Numbered from the stretch's first letter, positions 8,931 to 18,837 are shown. The stretch: 64,000 nt of DNA from Gemmatimonadaceae bacterium (GCA_036560265.1 DATBRO010000268.1:8508-72507); one strand, 5' to 3'. Numbers and translations: made by a program. Notes: a model not told the origin generated them from the letters alone.

Positions 8931-9029
8931 GAGTGGAAGGAGGAAGAAGGAGGAAGCGACAGCGACCGTTTAGAATGTAGCTTCGTGCGAGACTCCTTTC
9001 CTTCTATCTCCTCCTCCGTCCTCATCCTC
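8931..9029. repeat. Purine-rich tract and downstream pyrimidine-rich complement in a divergent promoter region
   Basis: The segment 8931-8960 reads gagtggaaggaggaagaaggaggaagcgac. The segment 8991-9029 reads gactcctttccttctatctcctcctccgtcctcatcctc. The two arms can pair in several registers. Confidence 0.6.
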
Positions 9030-9045
9030 TTTTTCCTGTTTCACG

Positions 9046-10194
9046 ATGAAAATGCTCGTACTCGGCGCGGGGCTGCAGGGCTCCGCGTGCGCCTATGATC
9101 TCTTGCAGAATAAAGACGTGGAGGAAGTGCGTCTCGCGGACATCAAGATCAACGAGCTTCCGCCGTTTCTCGCGCCGTACTCCGGCCATCGCCTGATCCC
9201 CACGCCGCTCGACGTCCGCGACAGCGATGCCGTGTTCGGGCTGATGCGCGACAGCGATGCCGTCATGAGCGCGCTGCCGTACTACTTCAATTACGACATG
9301 GCCGTGTGCGCGGTGGACGCGGGCGTCCACTTCTGCGACCTGGGGGGCAACACCGAAATCGTTTTCAAACAGAAGACGCTTCACGAGCGCGCGAAGTCGG
9401 AAGAGGTTTCGGTCATTCCGGACTGCGGTCTCGCGCCAGGCATGGTGAACATCCTCGCGGAGTACGGCATTCAGCAACTGGACAAGGTAGACGCCGTGCG
9501 CATCTACGTCGGTGGACTGCCGCAGAATCCGGAGCCGCCCCTCAAGTACCAGATCGTCTACTCACTCGAGGGGGTTCTGGACTACTACACGACCCTCTCA
9601 TGGGTGCTGCGTGGCGGGAAGCGCACGCGCGTCAAGGCGCTGTCGGAGCGCGAGGAGGTCGAGTTCCCTCAGCCCATCGGGACGCTCGAAGCATTCCATA
9701 CGGCGGGTGGACTGTCGACGATGGCGTTTCGCTACGAGGGGCGAATCCCGACGATGGAATACAAGACCCTCCGCTACCCCGGACATGCCGCGCTGATGGA
9801 GGCGATTCGCGACCTCGGCCTACTCGATCTCGACCCCGTCGACGTCAAGGGACATCACGTGGTGCCGCGCGACGCCTTCATCGCTACCGTCGGCCCACGT
9901 CTGAGAAAGCCGAACAGCAAGGATCTCGTGGCGCTGCGTGTAACGACGCTAGGAACCAAAGGCGGCAAAGCCAAGACTGTCGCGTGGGAACTGTTGGACT
10001 ACTTCGACGCCGAGCATGACATCAGCGCCATGGAGCGCACAACGGGATTCTCGTTGGCCATCACCGGGATGATGCAAATGCGCCAGCAGGTCGCGGCCGC
10101 GGGCGTCCTCACTCCTGACGAAGCGATGCCGCCCGAGCTTTACGTAGCCGAGCTGGCGAAGCGCGGCATCAGCGTTCGCCGGATTGAAGGCTAA
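9046..10194 (+). CDS. Saccharopine dehydrogenase-family NAD(P) oxidoreductase
   Basis: MKMLVLGAGLQGSACAYDLL Rossmann N-terminus; length and C-terminal domain fit the saccharopine dehydrogenase family. Confidence 0.75.
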   Translation: MKMLVLGAGLQGSACAYDLLQNKDVEEVRLADIKINELPPFLAPYSGHRLIPTPLDVRDSDAVFGLMRDSDAVMSALPYYFNYDMAVCAVDAGVHFCDLGGNTEIVFKQKTLHERAKSEEVSVIPDCGLAPGMVNILAEYGIQQLDKVDAVRIYVGGLPQNPEPPLKYQIVYSLEGVLDYYTTLSWVLRGGKRTRVKALSEREEVEFPQPIGTLEAFHTAGGLSTMAFRYEGRIPTMEYKTLRYPGHAALMEAIRDLGLLDLDPVDVKGHHVVPRDAFIATVGPRLRKPNSKDLVALRVTTLGTKGGKAKTVAWELLDYFDAEHDISAMERTTGFSLAITGMMQMRQQVAAAGVLTPDEAMPPELYVAELAKRGISVRRIEG

Positions 10195-11816
10195 TCGCGA
10201 TAGAAGTTCGCGAGCGTCGGGCCCATGCGATCCATCGTCGCCTTCGCATTCCAGCGGTCCCGCCCGTTGTAGATGAACGCAAATGCAAGCACTTCGCCGT
10301 TCAACGCGGTGACGTAGCCGGCGAGCGACGCCACCGTGTTCGTCGTTCCGGTTTTCGCGTGCAGGTTTCCCTGCGCGGGCGTGGAACGCATGCGACGCTG
10401 GAGAAGCTCCGACTCGCCAGCGACGGGCATGGAGGCGTGGAACACGGAACCCCAGGGAGCGCGATGCGCGTAGGACAGGAGCTGGACCATGGCGCGCGCC
10501 GTCACCGAGTCGGCTTCAGACAGACCGCTGCCGTCCGCCACGCGGACGTCCTCCTTGTTCGCTCCTGCCTTGGCCGCAAGAAAATCCCGCAGCGTTTCGA
10601 GTCCCGCTGCCGCAGATCCGGCGCGACCACTCTGATGCGCGGCGTCCCGAAAGAGCAGCTCCGCGAAATGGTTGATGCTCTCGCGGTTCATGTAAGACAC
10701 GATGTTCGCGAGTGGCAGCGAGCGAACCTCCGCGACGGGCGAAGCGTCGGTCGGCGTGACGCCGGTGCGCAAGTGCCCAGCGACCTCGACGCCCGCTTTG
10801 AGCAGTGATGCTTGCAGCGCGCCGGCCGCGAACGCGGGTGGCTCCTGGACGACGAGCGAGTATCGGCGAGGGGCCGAGCTCGCGCCGATCGAGCCGCTGA
10901 CCACGACGCCGTCGCCGGCGCGATGCGCGGAGATTCGTCCTCCGCTGCCGCCGACGACGCGAACGTTGTTCGTCACGGGAATCGAGGTGGACGCCGGATC
11001 CAACTCGACCACGGCTTTGCCATCCGCCGGACGCGCGACGATCCAAACGAGGTTTTCGTTGAGGGAAAGCGCGGACACGGGCGCGGCGTACGACGACATG
11101 AGATAGCTGTTCTTCCAGCCCGACGGAATGCGCTCCGAGTCGAACGCGCTCTCGTCGGCCACGATGTCGCCGCGAATTGTGCGGATGCCCGCTCCTGCGA
11201 CTTGCCGCGCGAGGGCGTCCATCGGGGACTCACCCTGCCAGAACCGCAACGAGAGCGTCGGATCGCCGCCCCCGCGCAGGTACAGGTTGCCGTCGAGCAC
11301 GCCAGCATTCACCTGATGGTCACGCAGCACCGCCGTTTCGAACGTGTGCTCGGGGCCGAGCTTCTCGAGCGCCACCGCCGTCGTCAGCAACTTCATGGTG
11401 GACGCCGGCTTCAGCAGAAGGTCGGGCTGCTCGGAGTACAAGGTGTCGCCGCGTGTGACCGAGACGACGATGACGCCCCAATCTCCGCCCCGTGTACGGG
11501 CGTGCAGGATGCCTCCAAGATCCGTCGCCAACGCCAACGCGGTGCGCGGCGACGTCCATGCCGGCCCAACCGGCGCGGTCGCGCGCGCCGTCCGAACAGG
11601 CGTGCGACGCGGTCGGCCGTGACGTGCAGGTGTGCGACGCTTTTGTGGAACCGTCGCCTTGTTCGACCCTTCCCCAACGGCGCGAACCGACGACGCCACA
11701 TCCCTCTCGGTCCCCTGCGGCAGGACGTCAGAGAATGGCGAAAATCCAAGCAAGGTCAGCGGCGCTCCAATGAGAAGCGCGCGACGGAGTAGTCCGCAAG
11801 CGGAGTCAGCCCGCAT
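10191..11816 (-). CDS. dacB: D-alanyl-D-alanine carboxypeptidase/endopeptidase, PBP4 (S13 family)
   Basis: SxxK motif in ASTMKLLTT; C-terminal KTGTT-type motif (AKTGTTN); about 540 aa with a signal sequence. Confidence 0.8.
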   Translation of the reverse strand: MRADSACGLLRRALLIGAPLTLLGFSPFSDVLPQGTERDVASSVRAVGEGSNKATVPQKRRTPARHGRPRRTPVRTARATAPVGPAWTSPRTALALATDLGGILHARTRGGDWGVIVVSVTRGDTLYSEQPDLLLKPASTMKLLTTAVALEKLGPEHTFETAVLRDHQVNAGVLDGNLYLRGGGDPTLSLRFWQGESPMDALARQVAGAGIRTIRGDIVADESAFDSERIPSGWKNSYLMSSYAAPVSALSLNENLVWIVARPADGKAVVELDPASTSIPVTNNVRVVGGSGGRISAHRAGDGVVVSGSIGASSAPRRYSLVVQEPPAFAAGALQASLLKAGVEVAGHLRTGVTPTDASPVAEVRSLPLANIVSYMNRESINHFAELLFRDAAHQSGRAGSAAAGLETLRDFLAAKAGANKEDVRVADGSGLSEADSVTARAMVQLLSYAHRAPWGSVFHASMPVAGESELLQRRMRSTPAQGNLHAKTGTTNTVASLAGYVTALNGEVLAFAFIYNGRDRWNAKATMDRMGPTLANFYRD

Positions 11817-11858
11817 GCGACTCAGGAGGGCAACTCGCGTTCCAGCATCGGAATGCGA

Positions 11859-13145
11859 TTAAACCTTGAGAACGATGTTTCGGCGGTAGAGCACCGTGAG
11901 AATCGCGTACCAGAACAGCACGAACGTGAGCGCAAACGCAAGCGAAGCGTTGACGGGGGACAGCCAGGACGCGAACACGCTTTGGTAGATCGCGGACTCG
12001 AGCGAGATCCGCTGGCCGTGATATTCGACCTTGATGATCGAATAAATGAGCCGTGCCATGACCGCAGACCCTACGAACGCAACCATCGGGTTCACGCCGT
12101 ACACCACAAACGGCTTGGTCCACCAACGCCAGTTTTGCAGGTCCACGAGCCACATGATGGTCGCGAGCGCAACGCATGCCATTCCCGCGGTGAAGACCAC
12201 ATAGGAGCCGGTCCAAAGATTCTTGTTGATCGGGAAGGACCAGTGCCACATGAGTCCAACCATCATCGCGATCGCGCCGGCGGCGAACAGTCCGCACACG
12301 CGCTCGAACAACGGGCGGCGTTGCGCGATCCAGCGTCCCGCAAGGTTTCCAAGCAACGCGGTGCAGATGGCGCCGATCGTCGACAGCGGCCCCTCGGGAT
12401 CCCACGTGACGCCGTTCACCCAGAGATGGTTGCCAAGACCGAAACGGCTCCAGTCCAGCAGGACGCGATCCCAGTACGCGGCCATCGACGTTTCCGGTTT
12501 ACCCAGCAGGAGCGCCCCCGGCGTGCCGTTCGCTCCGGGCACTGGCGGCACCGTCATCACGAACCAGTAGACGAACAGCAGCACGGCGGTGACGATCATC
12601 TGCGTGCGCACTTTCGCGCGCGACGCGATGAGCGCAGAAACGATGTATGCGAGTCCGATGCGTTGCAGCACACCAAGGATGCGCCAGTGCAGCAGACGAT
12701 CCACGATGCGAGCGGCAAAGCTCGGGTCGCGCACGCCTTCGACGGCGCCCCAGGTGAAGAACGGGAATCCGTTGATGAGGAAGCCGAAGAGAAAGATCAG
12801 CGCGCCACGCCTCAGAATCTGGCGCGTGATCGCGCCCTCGTCGTCGCCGCGCACCCGCCGTGCATCGAGCGAGAGTTGTGTGGTGATGCCGACGATGAAG
12901 AGGAAGAACGGAAAGATCAGATCTGTCGGCGTCCAGCCGTGCCACGGCGCATGTTCCAGCGGCGGATAGATGGCACTCCAGGTCCCGGGATTGTTGACGA
13001 GCAGCATCCCCGCCACCGTGAGCCCGCGAAACACGTCGAGCGACAGCAGCCGCTCGCGCGTGTTCGGCGCCGCGGTGCCCGACGTGGGTCCGGCGTTACC
13101 GCGCGGTGTTTGTGCTTCGACCGGAGGTGCGAGCGTCGCGCTCAT
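11859..13145 (-). CDS. Heparan-alpha-glucosaminide N-acetyltransferase-like membrane acyltransferase (DUF1624/DUF5009 type)
   Basis: RLLSLDVFRGLTVAGMLLVNNPG N-terminal signature, then about 10 TM helices. Confidence 0.65.
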   Translation of the reverse strand: MSATLAPPVEAQTPRGNAGPTSGTAAPNTRERLLSLDVFRGLTVAGMLLVNNPGTWSAIYPPLEHAPWHGWTPTDLIFPFFLFIVGITTQLSLDARRVRGDDEGAITRQILRRGALIFLFGFLINGFPFFTWGAVEGVRDPSFAARIVDRLLHWRILGVLQRIGLAYIVSALIASRAKVRTQMIVTAVLLFVYWFVMTVPPVPGANGTPGALLLGKPETSMAAYWDRVLLDWSRFGLGNHLWVNGVTWDPEGPLSTIGAICTALLGNLAGRWIAQRRPLFERVCGLFAAGAIAMMVGLMWHWSFPINKNLWTGSYVVFTAGMACVALATIMWLVDLQNWRWWTKPFVVYGVNPMVAFVGSAVMARLIYSIIKVEYHGQRISLESAIYQSVFASWLSPVNASLAFALTFVLFWYAILTVLYRRNIVLKV

Positions 13146-13223
13146 ACAGCTCCATGTTGCAAGAAAAAGGCGTCCGACACACTAGTGGACGCTCGGCATC
13201 GCCTACACGAAACGTCGAGTCCG

Positions 13224-14060
13224 CTAGGCGCCGGAGGCAGGGCGCCAATCCACCTGGGCGCTCGCGGCCGAATCCTCGGCGCCGTGCGACTGCCACTTGA
13301 AGAATATGACGGAAATGACGGCGAAAAGGACCAAGCCGCCCAGAATCCACATGATGAGACCGCCGAGCAGTTGATCGTCGAGTGGCGTGAGACCGGCGAT
13401 GCGCGGAGCTGCAGCGTACGCGGGATAGAGCAGCGTGCCCCCATACGTGATGTACACCGCAACGACCGACATGGGGATCGTCGTGAGAAAGAGATACAGC
13501 ATCTGTAGCGGGTAGGACAGCCGCGGCAGTTCCGGCAGCGGGCTGAGAATCGGCCACCATAACATCACGGCCGCCGCCATGAACATGAGATGTTGCACGA
13601 TGTGCAGGCCGTGATGCGCCATTGCCGCGTTGTAGAGCGGCGGCGTATGCCAGGCAGCCAACACGATATTGAAGGTGGCGAAGCACACCTTCGGTTTCGT
13701 GAGTGCGCTGGCGATGCGGGCGACGATGGGATTCCGAAGGAGCGGCCGCAGCATCCATCCCGGGGTCCCGGCGATGAGCAGCGGCGGCACGAGGATGGTG
13801 AGCAGGAGATGCTGCACCATGTGCGCGCTGAACAGATAGTAGTCGCTCAGGTCGTGCAGCCAGCCGTTGAGACAGAAGAAGATGACGGTGAGGCCGGCGT
13901 AGAAGCAAGAACGGCGGAAATGGGCAGTGCGGCGAGCCGCCAATTCGTACACTGCGGCAAATGCCACCAGCCCAGCAACAGTACTCCAATGAACCGTAAA
14001 GCTGTTCCAAGCGATGCTCGCTCCGACATGCAACAGCGGAAAAACGGAGAGCGTTGGCAT
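13224..14060 (-). CDS. ctaG: Cytochrome c oxidase assembly factor CtaG (caa3 type)
   Basis: Polytopic membrane protein with SAHMVQHLLL and HIVQHLMF motifs. It is last in the oxidase operon. GGAGG lies upstream of the ATG at 14058-14060. Confidence 0.7.
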   Translation of the reverse strand: MPTLSVFPLLHVGASIAWNSFTVHWSTVAGLVAFAAVYELAARRTAHFRRSCFYAGLTVIFFCLNGWLHDLSDYYLFSAHMVQHLLLTILVPPLLIAGTPGWMLRPLLRNPIVARIASALTKPKVCFATFNIVLAAWHTPPLYNAAMAHHGLHIVQHLMFMAAAVMLWWPILSPLPELPRLSYPLQMLYLFLTTIPMSVVAVYITYGGTLLYPAYAAAPRIAGLTPLDDQLLGGLIMWILGGLVLFAVISVIFFKWQSHGAEDSAASAQVDWRPASGA

Positions 14061-14075
14061 CAGACCTCCCCGACC

Positions 14076-14441
14076 TCAGCCCGCGCGAATCGCCAAATGC
14101 CCGAACAGAAAAAGCAAGATGACCATCGTGAGGATCGCAATGATCAACGGCCCGGTGAACAGGGCACGGAACAGCTTGTGGTCGTACTTCAGGTGCATGT
14201 AGAACATCACGACGATCGCGAACTTCACGGCCGACATCGTGAGGAGCACCGGCACGAAGAGCCGCGAGGCGACGAACGATGGCACGTAGTAGACCCAGAC
14301 TTCGACCACGGTGATGACCGAGAGGATCAACGCGACCCACTTGTACGTGCCCCAATTGGGATGCTCGTGCACCTCTCCCATCGAAGCGTGGTCCGCGTGA
14401 CTGGCGGAGGCGTGTCCTGAGTCGTGGGTGTCGTGAGCCAT
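14076..14441 (-). CDS. Cytochrome c oxidase subunit IV (prokaryotic small subunit)
   Basis: Three-TM small protein directly after subunit III. The internal ATG at 14439-14441 (MAHDTHDSGH...) lies 6 nt after the ctaE stop. Confidence 0.65.
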   Translation of the reverse strand: MAHDTHDSGHASASHADHASMGEVHEHPNWGTYKWVALILSVITVVEVWVYYVPSFVASRLFVPVLLTMSAVKFAIVVMFYMHLKYDHKLFRALFTGPLIIAILTMVILLFLFGHLAIRAG

Positions 14442-14446
14442 CGTCG

Positions 14447-15130
14447 CTAGCGGATGAGGTAGACGAGCGTGAAAATCGCGATCCAAACCACGTCGACGAA
14501 GTGCCAGTACAGCGCGGAAATGTCAACGATGAGCGCGTCCTTCGGGCCTAACCCGCGTCTGACGTCGATGGCGAGCAGCGTGAGGAGCCAGAGGACGCCG
14601 ACGGTCACGTGTGCGCCGTGAAATCCCGTCAGCGTGAAAAAAGAGGATCCGAACAGGTTCTGGCGAATCGTCAGCCCTTCGTGCACGAACGAAGTGAACT
14701 CGAACGCCTGGAAGCCGAGGAACGTCGCGCCCAGGATCGCGGTCATCAGGAGCCACAGCTTGGATGACGCGAGTGCTCGGCCCCACGCGCCGGTGCCTGC
14801 CCAACCCGGCTTGTCCTTGTTCTCGACGGCGGCGAGCGCCAGGACCATCGCCAGCGACGACATCAGCAGCACGAACGTCGAGACGGACGTCACCGGAATG
14901 TTGAGAATCGGCTTCAACGTCGTCGCGCACTGCGGCGGATTGCATACCTCATGCGGGAACGGGCCCGTGACGCTCCGCCCCTTGTAGACGAGGTACGTTG
15001 AGATGAGCGACGTGAAGAGCATGCACTCCGAGCCGATGAAGGCCCAGATCGCGATCTTGCGATGATCGAGCCCTGTGGTCGTCGGCGGATGGCCGTGACC
15101 CACGACGTCGGCGGTGGCCGCGGTGGCCAT
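14447..15130 (-). CDS. ctaE: Cytochrome c oxidase subunit III
   Basis: The conserved Cox3 C-terminus (FFTLTGFHGAHVTVG...YWHFVDVVW). The ATG at 15128-15130 overlaps the ctaD stop (TAATG). Confidence 0.9.
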   Translation of the reverse strand: MATAATADVVGHGHPPTTTGLDHRKIAIWAFIGSECMLFTSLISTYLVYKGRSVTGPFPHEVCNPPQCATTLKPILNIPVTSVSTFVLLMSSLAMVLALAAVENKDKPGWAGTGAWGRALASSKLWLLMTAILGATFLGFQAFEFTSFVHEGLTIRQNLFGSSFFTLTGFHGAHVTVGVLWLLTLLAIDVRRGLGPKDALIVDISALYWHFVDVVWIAIFTLVYLIR

Positions 15131-16989
15131 TAGTGCTCGTCCTCCAGCGGGGTGAGAAGCCATCTATAGAGACTCAGCGTCATCAGGAAAGCAAACGTGA
15201 TGATTCCAGCGATCGCGAACGGCGTCTTTCCTAAGTGAATCAGCAGCAGGCTCGCGAACATGAACGTCATGAAGAGCGCGACGAACAGCGGCCAGATCGA
15301 CGGATTCGGCATTGGAATCCCGAGCTCTTTGGCGGACGGAACGCGGCCGCCGGCAGGCGCGCCGGGCTCGGCTGACTTGCGATCCCACAGGGGATACCGC
15401 GATGTCACCGTCGGGATCGTCGCAAAGTTGTACTCCGGAGGCGGCGAGGGAATCGACCACTCGAGCGTCGGCGCGCCCCACGGGTCGTTCCCCGCGACGG
15501 CGCCGCGCTTCCGACTCGACCAGAGATTCCACACGAAAATCATCACCGACACGGCCTGGATGTACGCGCCGATGGAGCTCATGAGGTTGAACACCTCGAG
15601 TCCCTGACCGGCGTCGTAAACCCACGTGCGGCGCGGCATTCCCATCAGACCCGACCAGTGCATCGGCATGAACGTCAGATTCATTCCGATGAACGCCAGC
15701 CAGAAGTGCCACGTGCCGAGCTTCTCGCTCAGCATCCGGCCGGTCAGCTTGGGATAGTAGTAATACACGCCTCCGAACAGCCCCATCATCGAGCCACCGA
15801 ATAGCACGTAGTGAAAGTGAGCGACGATGAAGTACGTGTCGGTCTGTTGGAGGTCCGCGGGTGGCGAGGCGTGCATCACGCCGGAGATGCCGCCGATCGT
15901 GAAGAGGCCGACGAGCCCGATGGCGAACTTCATCGCGGTAGTGAACCGAAGGTCGCCGCCCCACATCGTGAAGATCCAGTTGAAGATTTTCACGCCCGTC
16001 GGAATGCCGATGAGCATCGTCGTCACCGCGAACAACGTGTCCGCGATCGGACCCATACCGACGGCGAACATGTGGTGCGCCCAGACGCCAAAGCCGAGGA
16101 ACGCAATCAGTATCCCGGAATACACCATCACCGGATAGCCGAAAAGCGGCTTGCGCGAGAACGTCGGCAGAATCTCCGACACGAGGCCGAACGCGGGCAG
16201 GACCAGGATGTAGACCTCCGGGTGTCCGAAGATCCAGAACAGGTGCTGCCAGAGCAGCGGATCGGCGCCGGCGGCGGCCTCATAGAACTGCGTTCCGAAG
16301 AACCGATCGAACTGCAGGAAGACGAGCGCGATCGTGATCACGGGGAAGGCGAGCACCAAGAGAAACTGGACGATGAACGCCATCCAAGTGAAGATCGGCA
16401 TGCGCATGAAGTGCATGCCCGGCGCTCGCAAGTTGATGACCGTCGTGATGAAGTTGAACGCGGCCGCGAGCGACGACACGCCGAGGATCTGAAGGCCGAG
16501 CATCCAGAAGTCGATGTTGAGTCCCGGCGAATACGTGCTGGTGAGAGGGACGTAGCCGAACCAGCCACCGTCGGGCGCGGCCTTGATCAGCCACGACGCG
16601 TTCATGAAGATCGAGCCGAAGAGATACACCCAGTAGCTGAACGCGTTGAGTCGCGGGAACGCGACGTCCCGCGCGCCGATCTGCAGCGGGATGAGCAGAT
16701 TGAAGAACGCCGCCGACAGCGGCATGATGACCAGGAAGATCATCGTCGTGCCGTGCATCGTGAACAGCTGGTTATACGTCTCGGCTGACACGAAACGACC
16801 GTTCGGTCCCTGCAGCTGGATGCGAATCATCATCGCCTCCAGGCCGCCGATGAGGAACCAGAGGAGCGCGGTGTAGAGGTACAGCGCACCGATGCGCTTG
16901 TGATCAACCGTTGTGAGCCAGCTCCAGACTCCACTCTCCGATTTGTATCCGGTGTGTGGAAGAGCCGGGGCGGTTGCGGCAGTTGCCAT
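15130..16989 (-). CDS. ctaD: Cytochrome c oxidase subunit I
   Basis: WFFGHPEVYILVLPAFG-type and HHMF motifs; 619 aa with the classic 12+ TM heme-copper oxidase layout. Confidence 0.95.
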   Translation of the reverse strand: MATAATAPALPHTGYKSESGVWSWLTTVDHKRIGALYLYTALLWFLIGGLEAMMIRIQLQGPNGRFVSAETYNQLFTMHGTTMIFLVIMPLSAAFFNLLIPLQIGARDVAFPRLNAFSYWVYLFGSIFMNASWLIKAAPDGGWFGYVPLTSTYSPGLNIDFWMLGLQILGVSSLAAAFNFITTVINLRAPGMHFMRMPIFTWMAFIVQFLLVLAFPVITIALVFLQFDRFFGTQFYEAAAGADPLLWQHLFWIFGHPEVYILVLPAFGLVSEILPTFSRKPLFGYPVMVYSGILIAFLGFGVWAHHMFAVGMGPIADTLFAVTTMLIGIPTGVKIFNWIFTMWGGDLRFTTAMKFAIGLVGLFTIGGISGVMHASPPADLQQTDTYFIVAHFHYVLFGGSMMGLFGGVYYYYPKLTGRMLSEKLGTWHFWLAFIGMNLTFMPMHWSGLMGMPRRTWVYDAGQGLEVFNLMSSIGAYIQAVSVMIFVWNLWSSRKRGAVAGNDPWGAPTLEWSIPSPPPEYNFATIPTVTSRYPLWDRKSAEPGAPAGGRVPSAKELGIPMPNPSIWPLFVALFMTFMFASLLLIHLGKTPFAIAGIITFAFLMTLSLYRWLLTPLEDEH

Positions 16990-17012
16990 TCTTTAAGTCT
17001 CCGGGTTCCGCG

Positions 17013-18293
17013 TTACTTCAGCGCCTGTAGATAGGCGACAATATCGGCGATTTGCTGATCGGTGAAACCGATCGTCAACGTCGATTTCACGATCGGATCG
17101 TACTGTCCCTTTCCCATCGTGGGCATCTGAATGCCCGGCTTCATCGCACGCGAGTTCTTGATCCACGCCGCGAGATGCCGGGTGTCGTTCGGAAAGAGTC
17201 CGGCCGCGATCGTGAGTCGGCTGCCAACGTGCGTGAGGTCGGGTCCCGTCTGTGCTTGCATCGTCGGCACACCCTTGATCGTGTGACAGCCGGTGCACAA
17301 GCCGGTGGCAACCAGCATCCCGCCGCGTGATGCATCGCCGACCAACGTCGTGTCGAACGTCAGGCCGGGCGGCAACGGCGTCTGAGGGATCGCATGGTGC
17401 GGCATCCGCTCACGAGCGAACGAGACGAATCCAGCCTGCACGGGCGCCGGCTGCGCCTGCGTCTGCGTCGCAGTAGCCGTCGTCGTTTTCGTCGGCGCCT
17501 TCGTCGCCTTCGTCGCATTCGCGGGAGGTGGTGTCGGCGGAGCTCCGAGCGCCGGAATCACGAGAGCCGGGCTTTGCTGGTGCGCGATCCAGCTCGCAAA
17601 CTCTTCCGAGGTCACGGTGAAGGCCTTGAAGCGCATGTTCGCGTGCGAGGTGCCGCAGTATTCGGCACAGAAGCCGTTGAATGCCTCTTCCGTCGTAGAA
17701 TCCGGCGTGAACCAGATGTGGTTCGTGCGATTGTTGACGAGATCGCGCTTCCCGCCAAGCGCCGGGATCCAGAACGAGTGAATGACGTCGTGCGTCTTCA
17801 GCGCGAAGCTCACCGTTCGGCCGATCGGCAGGTACAGCTCGTTCGCGGTGGCGACACCGTACTGGGGATAACGGAACTCCCACCACCATTGATGACCCGT
17901 GACTTCCACTTGGAGGGCGTCCGCGCGCGCGGCACCCTGCGTCTTGAAGATTGTTTGGACCGTGGGAACGGCGATGATCGCAAGCACCACTGCGGGAATC
18001 ACGGTCCAGAGAATCTCGAGCCTCGTGTTCCCGTGCACCTGCTCGGGCTGGTGGGGCTTGCCCGGTCGGCTGCGATACTTGACGATCGCCCAGAGCAGCA
18101 TGCCTTCCGTAAAAATGAAGACGATGGTGCCCAGCCAGATCAGCAGCTCGAACAGGCTGCCGACGTCGCGGTTGAAATCCGTGCGGTGATGAAAAACTGA
18201 ATTCGGGTTCTGCACGCACCCCGCGATCAGCGAGGCGACTGCGGCCGTCAGCGCGGCTGTTACAAGCCTGCGCAGGCGGGATTCAGCGGGCAT
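17013..18293 (-). CDS. ctaC: Cytochrome c oxidase subunit II with fused C-terminal cytochrome c domain (caa3 type)
   Basis: CuA site CAEYCGTSHANM, a Thr/Ala/Pro-rich linker, and a CTGCHTIKG heme-c motif. I prefer the ATG at 18291-18293 (MPAESRLRRL...). Confidence 0.9.
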   Translation of the reverse strand: MPAESRLRRLVTAALTAAVASLIAGCVQNPNSVFHHRTDFNRDVGSLFELLIWLGTIVFIFTEGMLLWAIVKYRSRPGKPHQPEQVHGNTRLEILWTVIPAVVLAIIAVPTVQTIFKTQGAARADALQVEVTGHQWWWEFRYPQYGVATANELYLPIGRTVSFALKTHDVIHSFWIPALGGKRDLVNNRTNHIWFTPDSTTEEAFNGFCAEYCGTSHANMRFKAFTVTSEEFASWIAHQQSPALVIPALGAPPTPPPANATKATKAPTKTTTATATQTQAQPAPVQAGFVSFARERMPHHAIPQTPLPPGLTFDTTLVGDASRGGMLVATGLCTGCHTIKGVPTMQAQTGPDLTHVGSRLTIAAGLFPNDTRHLAAWIKNSRAMKPGIQMPTMGKGQYDPIVKSTLTIGFTDQQIADIVAYLQALK

Positions 18294-18412
18294 GCGGTAT
18301 CCTGTTACCGGCTGGTTTCGGAGTGTCCAATCGCGCGGCGGACACTCGGGATGAAAGGACCCGAAGAGCAGGGGCAAGGTAATCGCCCCAGGCGCAAGGC
18401 GGGAGGCATTGT

Positions 18413-18829
18413 CTAGGCTTCGTGCTTTTCGCCCTTGGCTTCGTGGTTTTCGTCCTTGGCTTCGTGCTTTTCGTCCTTGGCTTCGTGCTTCGCGATCGTC
18501 TGCGTGACCGCGATCTCCAACTGCTGTTTGATCGAGGCCAGGCCCTCGCGCATCGTCCGTACGCGAATCTGCTCGCTCGAGCCGCGGCTGATTTGCATGT
18601 TGATCGACGTCACCAAGTCGGAGATCAAACCGAACTGACCCTTGAGCTTGCCGGCCAGAACGGGCATCTGGCGCTTGAGGTTCATCAGAATGTGGCTGGC
18701 CGGCTGGCTTCGTTTGATCTGTAGCGCGTATTGCTCGACGAGGCCATGAATGCGCGTTTGGATCACGATGGCATCGTCGAGTGTCGTCATCTTGGCCTGG
18801 CCTGCGCCATCGAGCTTGATTCCCGCCAT
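18413..18829 (-). CDS. Hypothetical protein with His/Glu/Lys-rich C-terminal tandem repeat
   Basis: 138 aa with no recognisable family. It ends in HEAKDEK HEAKDEN HEAKGEK HEA, encoded by a 21-nt tandem repeat. Confidence 0.55.
   Translation of the reverse strand: MAGIKLDGAGQAKMTTLDDAIVIQTRIHGLVEQYALQIKRSQPASHILMNLKRQMPVLAGKLKGQFGLISDLVTSINMQISRGSSEQIRVRTMREGLASIKQQLEIAVTQTIAKHEAKDEKHEAKDENHEAKGEKHEA
18416..18490. repeat. 21-nt tandem repeat, about 3.6 copies (ggcttcgtgcttttcgtcctt)
   Basis: Units at 18416-18436, 18437-18457 and 18458-18478, with a partial fourth. The units differ by 1-2 nt. Confidence 0.9.
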
Positions 18830-18837
18830 GCCGAATT

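Noticed and set aside
13161-13193. Weak hairpin (gcgtcc-n11-ggacgc plus a U-run on the minus strand) after ctaG as a terminator.
   Set aside because: The stem is only 6 bp and lies 15 nt from the next gene's start. That is too marginal to list as a feature without 3'-end data.
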